IMG/VR virus record: IMGVR_UViG_2690316109_000019 | Span: 1-33,696 of that record | Source of the DNA: a virus | Taxonomy: Duplodnaviria > Heunggongvirae > Uroviricota > Caudoviricetes | Length of the DNA stretch: 33,696 nt | Reading direction: 5' to 3' (one strand) | Shown: piece after piece, positions 17,616 through 25,873 of the stretch | How positions within the stretch are numbered: position 1 is the first letter of the stretch | How the letters are laid out: the number at the start of each line of letters is the position of its first letter | Translations under genes and position numbers: made by a program | The notes under the pieces: generated by a model | Seen by the model: only the letters and a program-made list of their open reading frames with translations | What the model was told of the DNA's origin: nothing | The model's database searches: none

Positions 17616-18028
17616 TGATTGTGCTGGTCGTGTTGTTATCGCTGGCGGTGGCGGGGCTGTTTCTGGCGAAGCATGAAAACGCCAGCCTGCGCACCTCACT
17701 GGACAGGGCGAACAGCGTCGCCAGCGGGCAGCAGACGACCATCACCATACTGAAAAACCAGCTTCATGTTGCCCTCACCAGAGCAGACAAAAACGAGCTG
17801 GCGCAGGTGGCACTGCGTCAGGAACTGGAGAACGCCGCGAAGCGTGAAGCACAGCGCGAGAAAACCATCACGAGGTTACTGAATGAAAACGAAGATTTTC
17901 GCCGCTGGTACGGCGCTGGCCTGCCTGATGCTGTGCGCCGGTTGCACCAGCGCCCGGCCTGCGCCGACGCCAGTGATTGTTCACAACGCCTGTCCGAAAG
18001 TGAGCCTTTGCCCGATGCCGGGCAGTGA
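17603..18028 (+). CDS. lysB: LysB, Rz-like inner-membrane spanin
   Basis: 141 aa with an N-terminal transmembrane helix followed by a coiled-coil-like region. Confidence 0.75.
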   Translation: MSKLMIVLVVLLSLAVAGLFLAKHENASLRTSLDRANSVASGQQTTITILKNQLHVALTRADKNELAQVALRQELENAAKREAQREKTITRLLNENEDFRRWYGAGLPDAVRRLHQRPACADASDCSQRLSESEPLPDAGQ

Positions 18029-18173
18029 CCCGGAGACGAATGGCGATTTAAGTGCTGATATCCGGCAGCTTGAGAACGCGCTGGCACGCTGTGCCAGCCA
18101 GGTAAAAATGATTAAACACTGTCAGGACGAAAACGATGCTCAAACCCGACAGCCTGCGCAGGGCGCTGACTGA
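17883..18173 (+). CDS. lysC: LysC, Rz1-like outer-membrane lipoprotein spanin
   Basis: 96-aa ORF in an alternative frame, overlapping the 3' end of lysB and extending beyond it; signal peptide with lipobox-like 'LMLCAGC'. Confidence 0.7.
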   Translation: MKTKIFAAGTALACLMLCAGCTSARPAPTPVIVHNACPKVSLCPMPGSDPETNGDLSADIRQLENALARCASQVKMIKHCQDENDAQTRQPAQGAD

Positions 18174-18603
18174 TGCCGTCACGGTGCTGAAAACTAACCC
18201 CGATATGCTGCGGATATTCGTGGATAACGGGAGTATTGCCTCCACACTGGCGACGTCGCTGTCATTCGAAAAGCGTTACACGCTCAATGTGATTGTGACC
18301 GACTTTACCGGTGATTTTGACCTGCTCATTGTGCCGGTGCTGGCGTGGCTGCGGGAAAATCAGCCCGACATCATGACCACCGACGAAGGCCAGAAAAAGG
18401 GCTTCACGTTTTATGCAGACATCAACAATGACAGCAGCTTTGATATCAGTATCAGCCTGATGCTGACCGAGCGCACGCTGGTCAGTGAGGTTGGCGGCGC
18501 ACTGCATGTGAAGAATATCCCGGAACCTCCGCCGCCGGAGCCGGTCACCCGCCCGATGGAGCTGTATATCAATGGCGAACTCGTGAGCAAGTGGGATGAA
18601 TGA
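18136..18603 (+). CDS. R: Tail completion protein R
   Basis: 155 aa, same size and position as P2 gpR. Confidence 0.85.
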   Translation: MLKPDSLRRALTDAVTVLKTNPDMLRIFVDNGSIASTLATSLSFEKRYTLNVIVTDFTGDFDLLIVPVLAWLRENQPDIMTTDEGQKKGFTFYADINNDSSFDISISLMLTERTLVSEVGGALHVKNIPEPPPPEPVTRPMELYINGELVSKWDE

Positions 18604-19048
18604 GTTTAAGCGTTTTGAAGACCGGCTGACCGGACTTATTGAATCGCTGTCACCGTCAGGGCGTCGGCGACTGAGCGCCGAACTGGCGAAACGTCTGCGG
18701 CAGAGTCAGCAGCGTCGGGTGATGGCACAGAAAGCCCCGGACGGCACACCCTACGCGCCACGCCAGCAGCAGAGCGCCAGAAAAAAGACCGGTCGTGTTA
18801 AGCGAAAAATGTTTGCGAAACTTATCACCAGTCGTTTTTTGCATATCCGCGCCAGCCCGGAGCAGGCATCAATGGAATTTTACGGCGGGAAGTCACCGAA
18901 AATCGCCTGCGTGCATCAGTTCGGTCTGTCGGAAGAAAACCGGAAAGACGGTAAGAAAATTGATTATCCGGCGCGTCCTCTGCTCGGCTTTACCGGTGAG
19001 GATGTGCAGATGATTGAAGAGATTATTCTGGCTCACCTGAATCGCTAG
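18596..19048 (+). CDS. S: Tail completion protein S
   Basis: 150 aa, same size and position as P2 gpS. Confidence 0.85.
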   Translation: MNEFKRFEDRLTGLIESLSPSGRRRLSAELAKRLRQSQQRRVMAQKAPDGTPYAPRQQQSARKKTGRVKRKMFAKLITSRFLHIRASPEQASMEFYGGKSPKIACVHQFGLSEENRKDGKKIDYPARPLLGFTGEDVQMIEEIILAHLNR

Positions 19049-19124
19049 CTTTATTGATCTGAGAATATAAGAATGAAATTATTTGATTTAGTATGATTTA
19101 TTTTGAATCTTTACGTTAATAAAT

Positions 19125-19147
19125 AAAAGGCCAGTTATTGGCCTTTT
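19125..19147. terminator. Bidirectional rho-independent terminator between S and the antisense cargo gene
   Basis: 'aaaaggcca gttat tggcctttt': 8-bp stem flanked by A-run and T-run. Confidence 0.7.
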
Positions 19148-19151
19148 ATCA

Positions 19152-20225
19152 TTACTTGCCATTTTTCAATGCGTTGATTAACGATGCTATTTGTTCAATA
19201 CCATCAAATGTAGATGGTATCTTATCATCGGATAGCATGATGTTTGAAAATACTACGTCTTCAAATTTTGAAAGCGCTTCCGGATTGTTTTTCCTTATCT
19301 CTGAGGAATAGTCGCTATAACTCTGAATGAACTGACAAAGGCTCTTTCTGAGTTCTATTTGCATAATCTGAGTTCGTAACGATATATGATTTATCAGTAC
19401 AACTCTAAAGTAATACATAAAAATCAATGTAACTGATGCAAAAGGTAGTGCTGACATAAAATATGTGGCAGCATTTGTCGTTTCGAGAGTTGGTAATTTA
19501 TGCATTCCATAGTATATCAGCGGGGAGGGAATGATTATAGCCAAGATGATAAGAATTATTCTTGATAGCATGATTTCACTTTCTTTCTTTTTGCCAAGTG
19601 AATTAAAGCCATCAAACAATCCAACAAAATTAAATGCGACCTCATACCCTTTTAATGACTCTTTAATTGACTCTATTTTGGCATGTTGCTCCTTTAAGAA
19701 GGAGTCGCACTTTTCGAAAAATTGACGCCCTTCGTTTAAACTATCAATGTATTTTTTATATGTGTCAACATTGCTGGAGCTTAAAACTTCTTTAACCATT
19801 GCTAATGGCAGTTCTCTAAGAGAAAAGTCTATCTGTGCTCTGCTCCGCTCATCGAATTCATTATAGTTATACAGAGCAAAATCCTTGATGGTTCTTAGTG
19901 GTGAAAAGTGAGACTCTATTTCCGGAGAGAGAATGCTTGGTTCAATGATAAATCTAAAAAAGCAAGTGAATATAAGGTTGATGCTGTTGTTATCTTCCCC
20001 CTTTTCTCTTAAGAAACTTTTAAAGGTGTCGCCAATCATAGCAATGTTGTACTGGGATTTTTTGTCCCAATCTTCAGGGTTTTCGGAAATGAAGTTTATT
20101 GCTTGAGCAATTATTTTGTTTCTGTTTGATTCAAAGTTTGTGCTGGGAGTCAGCGTGTTCAAAAAGACCAGATAATCTTTGAACAATTCTTTCATTGTTT
20201 CTGACGAGAAAAAGTAAGTACTCAT
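19152..20225 (-). CDS. AT-rich membrane-anchored cargo protein at the P2 orf30 position, function unknown
   Basis: About 357 aa from ATG 20225 (alternative ATG at 20195); soluble N-terminal region followed by two hydrophobic helices ('IMLSRIILIILAIIIPSPLIYYG', 'YFMSALPFASVTLIFMYYFRVVLINHI') and a C-terminal tail; antisense to the flanking late genes. Confidence 0.7.
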   Translation of the reverse strand: MSTYFFSSETMKELFKDYLVFLNTLTPSTNFESNRNKIIAQAINFISENPEDWDKKSQYNIAMIGDTFKSFLREKGEDNNSINLIFTCFFRFIIEPSILSPEIESHFSPLRTIKDFALYNYNEFDERSRAQIDFSLRELPLAMVKEVLSSSNVDTYKKYIDSLNEGRQFFEKCDSFLKEQHAKIESIKESLKGYEVAFNFVGLFDGFNSLGKKKESEIMLSRIILIILAIIIPSPLIYYGMHKLPTLETTNAATYFMSALPFASVTLIFMYYFRVVLINHISLRTQIMQIELRKSLCQFIQSYSDYSSEIRKNNPEALSKFEDVVFSNIMLSDDKIPSTFDGIEQIASLINALKNGK

Positions 20226-20311
20226 AATGGATTTTGTTGTCCCTTGTTGTTCTGTGCACCAGAAATCGTGGTGTGATTTACTTCGAGATTGTACAGAATC
20301 ATTATTATCGA

Positions 20312-20941
20312 ATGAATGCACAATACAATGAAATTCTTCGCTTTATACGCAATATGATTCGCACTGGCATTATCGTCGAAACCGACCTTAATGCCGGTCG
20401 CTGCCGTGTGCAGACCGGCGGCATGTGCACCGACTGGCTTCAGTGGCTGACCCATCGCGCTGGGCGTTCGCGCACATGGTGGGCACCTTCCGTGGGGGAA
20501 CAGGTGCTGATTCTGGCCGTGGGCGGTGAACTCGACACGGCGTTCGTTCTGCCGGGGATTTATTCCGGCGATAACCCAGCGCCGTCTGCGTCGTCTGATG
20601 CCCTGCATATCCGTTTCCCTGACGGGGCGGTGATTGAGTATGAACCCGAAACCAGTGCACTCACGGTAAGCGGAATTAAAACGGCCAGCGTGACGGCTTC
20701 TGATTCTGTTACTGCCACGGTGCCGGTGGTCATGGTGAAAGCGTCAACCCGCATCACCCTGGACACACCGGAGGTGGTCTGCACCAACAGGCTGATTACC
20801 GGCACGCTGGAAGTACAGAAGGGCGGGACGATGCGTGGCAACATTGAACACACCGGCGGTGAACTCTCATCAAACGGGAAGGTACTGCATACCCATAAAC
20901 ACCCCGGCGACAGCGGCGGCACAACCGGGAGTCCTCTATGA
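20312..20941 (+). CDS. V: Baseplate spike / assembly protein V
   Basis: 209 aa from ATG 20312; P2 gpV size; C-terminal Gly-rich 'HKHPGDSGGTTGSP'. Confidence 0.88.
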   Translation: MNAQYNEILRFIRNMIRTGIIVETDLNAGRCRVQTGGMCTDWLQWLTHRAGRSRTWWAPSVGEQVLILAVGGELDTAFVLPGIYSGDNPAPSASSDALHIRFPDGAVIEYEPETSALTVSGIKTASVTASDSVTATVPVVMVKASTRITLDTPEVVCTNRLITGTLEVQKGGTMRGNIEHTGGELSSNGKVLHTHKHPGDSGGTTGSPL

Positions 20942-21285
20942 CAGCGCGTTATCTCGGAATGAATCGCAGTGATGGCCTGACTGTCACTGACCTTGAGCAT
21001 ATCAGCCAGAGTATCGGCGATATCCTGCGCACACCGGTCGGCTCGCGGGTGATGCGTCGTGATTACGGCTCGTTGCTGGCGTCAATGATTGACCAGCCGC
21101 AGACTCCGGCGCTTGAGTTGCAGATTAAGGTAGCCTGTTACATGGCAGTGCTGAAATGGGAACCCCGCGTCACCCTGTCATCCGTCACCACGGCGCGCAG
21201 TTTTGACGGGCGAATGACGGTCACGTTAACCGGTCAGCACAACGACACCGGCCAGCCACTTTCGTTAACCATCCCTGTGAGTTGA
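20938..21285 (+). CDS. W: Baseplate protein W (gp25-like)
   Basis: 115 aa, same length as P2 gpW; ATGA coupling to V. Confidence 0.88.
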   Translation: MTARYLGMNRSDGLTVTDLEHISQSIGDILRTPVGSRVMRRDYGSLLASMIDQPQTPALELQIKVACYMAVLKWEPRVTLSSVTTARSFDGRMTVTLTGQHNDTGQPLSLTIPVS

Positions 21286-21289
21286 AACC

Positions 21290-22198
21290 ATGCCGATTAT
21301 CGACCTGAACCAGCTACCCGCACCGGATGTGGTAGAGGAGCTGGACTTTGAAACCATTCTTGCCGAACGCAAGGCGACACTGATTTCCCTTTACCCGGAA
21401 GACCAGCAGGAGGCGGTTGCCCGTACCCTGACGCTGGAATCTGAGCCTCTCGTCAAACTGCTGGAGGAAAATGCTTATCGTGAGCTTATCTGGCGTCAGC
21501 GTGTGAATGAGGCTGCACGGGCGGTGATGCTGGCCTGTGCTGCCGGTAATGACCTTGATGTGATTGGTGCCAATTACAACACCACACGTCTGATTATCAC
21601 CCCGGCAGATGATTCGACCATCCCGCCGACACCGGCAGTGATGGAATCTGACACCGATTATCGGCTGCGTATTCAGCAGGCGTTTGAAGGTTTAAGCGTC
21701 GCCGGGTCGGTGGGTGCCTATCAGTATCATGGCCGCAGTGCCGACGGGCGTGTCGCGGATATCTCTGTCACCAGTCCGTCTCCGGCCTGCGTCACTATCT
21801 CTGTGCTGTCACGTGAAAATAACGGCGTCGCATCCGAAGACCTGCTGGCCGTGGTGCGTAACGCCCTTAATGGCGAGGACGTCAGGCCGGTGGCCGACCG
21901 TGTGACCGTGCAGTCTGCCGCCATCGTTGAATACCAGATAAACGCCACGCTTTACCTTTACCCTGGTCCCGAAAGCGAACCCATACGCGCTGCCGCCGTG
22001 AAAAAACTGGAAGCGTACATCACGGCACAGCACCGGCTGGGGCGCGACATCCGTCTGTCTGCCATTTATGCCGCTTTGCATGTGGAAGGCGTGCAGCGTG
22101 TCGAGTTGGCCGCACCACTGGCCGACATCGTGCTCAACAGTACGCAGGCGTCTTTCTGTACCGAATACCGCGTCGTGACCGGAGGCTCGGATGAGTGA
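21290..22198 (+). CDS. J: Baseplate protein J
   Basis: 302 aa, same length as P2 gpJ. Confidence 0.92.
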   Translation: MPIIDLNQLPAPDVVEELDFETILAERKATLISLYPEDQQEAVARTLTLESEPLVKLLEENAYRELIWRQRVNEAARAVMLACAAGNDLDVIGANYNTTRLIITPADDSTIPPTPAVMESDTDYRLRIQQAFEGLSVAGSVGAYQYHGRSADGRVADISVTSPSPACVTISVLSRENNGVASEDLLAVVRNALNGEDVRPVADRVTVQSAAIVEYQINATLYLYPGPESEPIRAAAVKKLEAYITAQHRLGRDIRLSAIYAALHVEGVQRVELAAPLADIVLNSTQASFCTEYRVVTGGSDE

Positions 22199-22721
22199 TT
22201 CGCGACTGCTGCCGACCGGCTCATCACCGCTTGAAGTTGCTGCCGCAAAAGCCTGTGCGGAAATTGAAAAAACGCCGCTCAGGATTCGTGAGCTGTGGAA
22301 CCCGGACACCTGCCCGGCAAATTTGCTGCCGTGGCTGGCGTGGGCGTTTTCGGTCGACAGGTGGGATGAAAAGTGGCCGGAAGCGACAAAACGCGCCGTT
22401 ATCCGCGATGCCTATTTCATCCACTGTCATAAAGGCACTATCGGCGCAATCCGGCGTGTGGTGGAGCCGCTCGGCTATCTCATCAACGTGACGGAGTGGT
22501 GGGAAAACAGTGACCCGCCCGGCACTTTCCGGCTCGATATTGGTGTACTGGAAAGCGGTATCACAGAGGCAATGTATCAGGAAATGGAACGGCTGATTGC
22601 TGATGCCAAACCTGCAAGCCGTCACCTTATTGGTCTGAACATTACCCGGGACATTCCCGGCTACCTGTTCGCCGGTGGTGTGGCTTATGACGGCGATGTA
22701 ATTACGGTTTACCCCGGATAA
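22191..22721 (+). CDS. I: Baseplate / tail protein I
   Basis: 176 aa, same length as P2 gpI; overlaps the J stop. Confidence 0.88.
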   Translation: MSDSRLLPTGSSPLEVAAAKACAEIEKTPLRIRELWNPDTCPANLLPWLAWAFSVDRWDEKWPEATKRAVIRDAYFIHCHKGTIGAIRRVVEPLGYLINVTEWWENSDPPGTFRLDIGVLESGITEAMYQEMERLIADAKPASRHLIGLNITRDIPGYLFAGGVAYDGDVITVYPG

Positions 22722-22731
22722 GTGAGGAATA

Positions 22732-25050
22732 ATGAGCACAAAATTCAAAACCGTTATCACCACTGCCGGTGCAGCAAAGCTGGCAGCGGCAACCGCACCG
22801 GGAGGGCGGAAGGTCAACATTACCACGATGGCCGTCGGGGATGGCGGTGGTAAATTGCCTGTCCCGGATGCCGGACAGACCGGGCTTATCCATGAAGTCT
22901 GGCGACATGCGCTGAACAAAATCAGCCAGGACAAACGAAACAGTAATTATATTATCGCAGAGCTGGTTATTCCGCCGGAGGTGGGCGGTTTCTGGATGCG
23001 TGAGCTTGGCCTGTACGATGATGCGGGAACGTTAATTGCTGTGGCGAACATGGCCGAAAGTTATAAGCCTGCCCTTGCCGAAGGCTCAGGGCGTTCGCAG
23101 ACCTGCCGCATGGTCATCATCGTCAGCAGTGTGGCCTCAGTGGCGCTGACCATTGACACCACAACGGTGATGGCGACGCAGGATTACGTTGATGACAAAA
23201 TTGCAGAGCACGAACAGTCACGACGTCACCCGGACGCCTCGCTAACCGCAAAAGGTTTTACTCAGTTAAGCAGTGCGACCAACAGCACGTCTGAAACACT
23301 GGCCGCAACGCCGAAAGCGGTTAAGGCCGCTTATGATCTTGCTAACGGGAAATATACCGCGCAGGATGCCACCACAGCGCGAAAAGGTCTTGTCCAGCTC
23401 AGTAGCGCCACCAATAGCGATTCTGAAACGCTTGCGGCAACGCCAAAGGCGGTAAAGGCAGCATATGACCTCGCTAACGGGAAATATACCGCACAGGATG
23501 CCACCACCGCGCGAAAAGGTCTTGTCCAGCTAAGTAGCGCCACCAACAGCGATTCTGAAACGCTGGCCGCAACGCCAAAGGCGGTTAAGACAGCGTATGA
23601 CCTTGCTAACGGGAAATACACTGCACAGGATGCCACCACCGCGCGAAAAGGTCTTGTCCAGCTAAGTAGCGCCACCAACAGTGATTCTGAAACACTGGCC
23701 GCAACACCAAAAGCGGTGAAGTCTGCCTATGACAATGCTGAAAAACGTCTTCAGAAAGATCAGAATGGTGCGGATATTCCGGGAAAGGATACCTTCACGA
23801 AAAATATCGGTGCCTGTCGTGCTTATAGCGGCGCTTTGAGCACTGAAGCCGGAAACTGGACAACCGCTCAGTTTATTGAATGGCTGGATTCCCGTGGTGC
23901 ATTTAATCATCCGTACTGGATGTGCAAAGGCTCCTGGTCATATGCAAATAACAAAATCATTACGGATACCGGATGTGGTGATATCCACCTGGCTGGTTGT
24001 GTCGTCGAGGTCATGGGAACAAAATCTGCAATCACTATTCGAGTGACCACGCCGACAACATCAAGCGGTGGCGGTACAACCAGCGCGCAATTCACTTACA
24101 TTAATCATGGGGACGGCTACTCCCCCGGCTGGCGTCGTGACTGGAATCGTCAGGGCGACGCAATGACCGGAACGATTAATCAGGATGGCGGAAGCCAGAA
24201 TGCCTATATGTCTACGGCCTTATGTTCAGGCACCAGAGGCGGCAAAAAATATCTCAGAAAGTTTCGTGGTGGAGAAGGAGACACTATCTGGCATGAAACA
24301 GTGCAGGGCGGGGTAATTCGCTGGGCGACAGGAAACTATGACGCTCAGGAAGAATTATCACTCAGCTCCGCTTATGGTCTCCGTTCTAGAGGTGAAATTA
24401 CATCACTCAGTGCTAATGGTCTGCGCATTGCTTATGGCAATTATGGATTCTTTATCAGGAATGATGGTGGCAGCACATATTTAATGCTGACGGCCTCTGG
24501 TGATAAATTTGGGACATGGAACGGTTTAAGGCCGCTGACTATCAATAACGCTAATGGCGGAGTGTCAATGGGGCATGGCCTGAGTGTTACTGGTGATATT
24601 GCCTCAAGTACCAAAGTACGTGCCGGTAGCGGGAAAAAGTTCACGGTCAGCAGCAGCAATACATCCACGAAGGAAGCCGCATTCAATTTGTGGGGAAACT
24701 CAAGTCGTCCTGTGGTGGCTGAATTAGGTGATGATGCAGGCTGGCATTTTTACAGTCAGAGAAATACAGATAACAGCATCACTTTTGCTGTTAACGGGCA
24801 GGTATCACCATCTAACTATAGTAATTTTGATTCACGCTATGTCCGGGATATCCGGCTTGGTGGTGCTGCCACATACAAACCTGCGAACAATGGCATGACA
24901 TGGACACATCAGGCACCGTCCGGGTGTGTATATTCCGGCATTATTGTTCAGGATACCGGCTCAAACTCTGCCGATAACATTGGTGGCGTATATTACAGAC
25001 CGGTGCAGAAATACATTAACGGGACTTGGTATAACGTGGCGCAGGTATAA
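22732..25050 (+). CDS. H: Tail fibre protein
   Basis: 772 aa; conserved N-terminal baseplate-attachment region; internal tandem 44-aa repeats; divergent C-terminal region. Confidence 0.92.
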   Translation: MSTKFKTVITTAGAAKLAAATAPGGRKVNITTMAVGDGGGKLPVPDAGQTGLIHEVWRHALNKISQDKRNSNYIIAELVIPPEVGGFWMRELGLYDDAGTLIAVANMAESYKPALAEGSGRSQTCRMVIIVSSVASVALTIDTTTVMATQDYVDDKIAEHEQSRRHPDASLTAKGFTQLSSATNSTSETLAATPKAVKAAYDLANGKYTAQDATTARKGLVQLSSATNSDSETLAATPKAVKAAYDLANGKYTAQDATTARKGLVQLSSATNSDSETLAATPKAVKTAYDLANGKYTAQDATTARKGLVQLSSATNSDSETLAATPKAVKSAYDNAEKRLQKDQNGADIPGKDTFTKNIGACRAYSGALSTEAGNWTTAQFIEWLDSRGAFNHPYWMCKGSWSYANNKIITDTGCGDIHLAGCVVEVMGTKSAITIRVTTPTTSSGGGTTSAQFTYINHGDGYSPGWRRDWNRQGDAMTGTINQDGGSQNAYMSTALCSGTRGGKKYLRKFRGGEGDTIWHETVQGGVIRWATGNYDAQEELSLSSAYGLRSRGEITSLSANGLRIAYGNYGFFIRNDGGSTYLMLTASGDKFGTWNGLRPLTINNANGGVSMGHGLSVTGDIASSTKVRAGSGKKFTVSSSNTSTKEAAFNLWGNSSRPVVAELGDDAGWHFYSQRNTDNSITFAVNGQVSPSNYSNFDSRYVRDIRLGGAATYKPANNGMTWTHQAPSGCVYSGIIVQDTGSNSADNIGGVYYRPVQKYINGTWYNVAQV
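23254..23742 (+). repeat. Tandem 132-bp (44-aa) repeat array inside the tail-fibre gene, about 3.7 copies
   Basis: Repeat units begin at 23254, 23386, 23518 and 23650 (the fourth is partial); unit 'GLVQLSSATNSDSETLAATPKAVKAAYDLANGKYTAQDATTARK'; copies differ mainly at synonymous sites. Confidence 0.9.
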
Positions 25051-25053
25051 TTT

Positions 25054-25581
25054 ATGCAGCATTTGATAAATATAATGGCAGGTAATCCAAAAACGGTTGA
25101 ACAATATCAATTGACAAAGGACTTTGATGTTGTCTGGTTTTTTTCAGAAGATGGTAAGAACTGGTACGAAGAACAAAAGTATTTTGCTGATGACACGATA
25201 AAAATAGCGTACGACAAAGATAATATTATCCGCTATGTGGAAAAGGATGTGACAGCTATCAGACCGGATGGATTAAGTGTTGTTGAAGTGCCGGATATTA
25301 CTGCTAACCGACGGGCGGACATTTCAGGGAACTGGATGTTTAAGGACGGTACAGTGATTAAACGAATTTATACGGCAGAGGAATTGCAGCAGCAGGCAGA
25401 AAATCGGAAAGCCAGACTTCTTGCAGATGCTGAATCCGTGATTTTGCCGCTGGAGCGCGCTGTTAGGCTGAATATGGCAACAGATGAGGAGCGCAGTCGA
25501 CTGGAGGCATGGGAACGCTACAGTGTTCTGGTCAGTCGTGTGGATCCTGCAAATCCTGAATGGCCGGAAATGCCGCAATAA
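25054..25581 (+). CDS. G: Tail fibre assembly chaperone
   Basis: 175 aa, same length as P2 gpG; immediately downstream of H. Confidence 0.82.
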   Translation: MQHLINIMAGNPKTVEQYQLTKDFDVVWFFSEDGKNWYEEQKYFADDTIKIAYDKDNIIRYVEKDVTAIRPDGLSVVEVPDITANRRADISGNWMFKDGTVIKRIYTAEELQQQAENRKARLLADAESVILPLERAVRLNMATDEERSRLEAWERYSVLVSRVDPANPEWPEMPQ

Positions 25582-25794
25582 GTTGTATGAGCTCTGGTGT
25601 GAGCTTACATATCTATGGCACAGAGTAAAGCCTAATCTGAGAGTCCGCTCTGTGCCAGGAGCGGACGTTCGTATGCTTGGCAACTTTGGTTTTCCTGAGT
25701 TCAACTTAACCACCTATGTATCATCGTAGCCTCTAAAGAATAATCATTTTAAAACCTTTTAACATTTGGTAATATGTATTCTATAGTGATCATT

Positions 25795-25830
25795 ATTTCC
25801 TATCTCCACGACAGTTATGAGATAGGAAAT
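25795..25830. promoter_or_regulatory. Perfect 12-bp inverted repeat upstream of the TIR gene (candidate operator)
   Basis: 'atttcctatctc' (25795-25806), 12-nt spacer, 'gagataggaaat' (25819-25830); 44 bp upstream of the TIR start codon, in an AT-rich promoter-like region. Confidence 0.45.
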
Positions 25831-25873
25831 TTAATATAGATGTCGTAATGATGACGATAAAAGTTGAGATGTC

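Noticed and set aside
20226-20321. Longest-frame start (20321) for the antisense cargo gene, giving a 389-aa product
   Set aside because: That start falls inside the V coding and promoter region and the N-terminal 32 residues are low-complexity; an internal ATG is more plausible, though the exact start remains uncertain
23331-23678. Minus-strand 115-aa ORF with an internally repeated peptide
   Set aside because: It is the antisense reading of the 132-bp tandem repeats in tail-fibre gene H; it stays open only because the repeat is in frame on both strands
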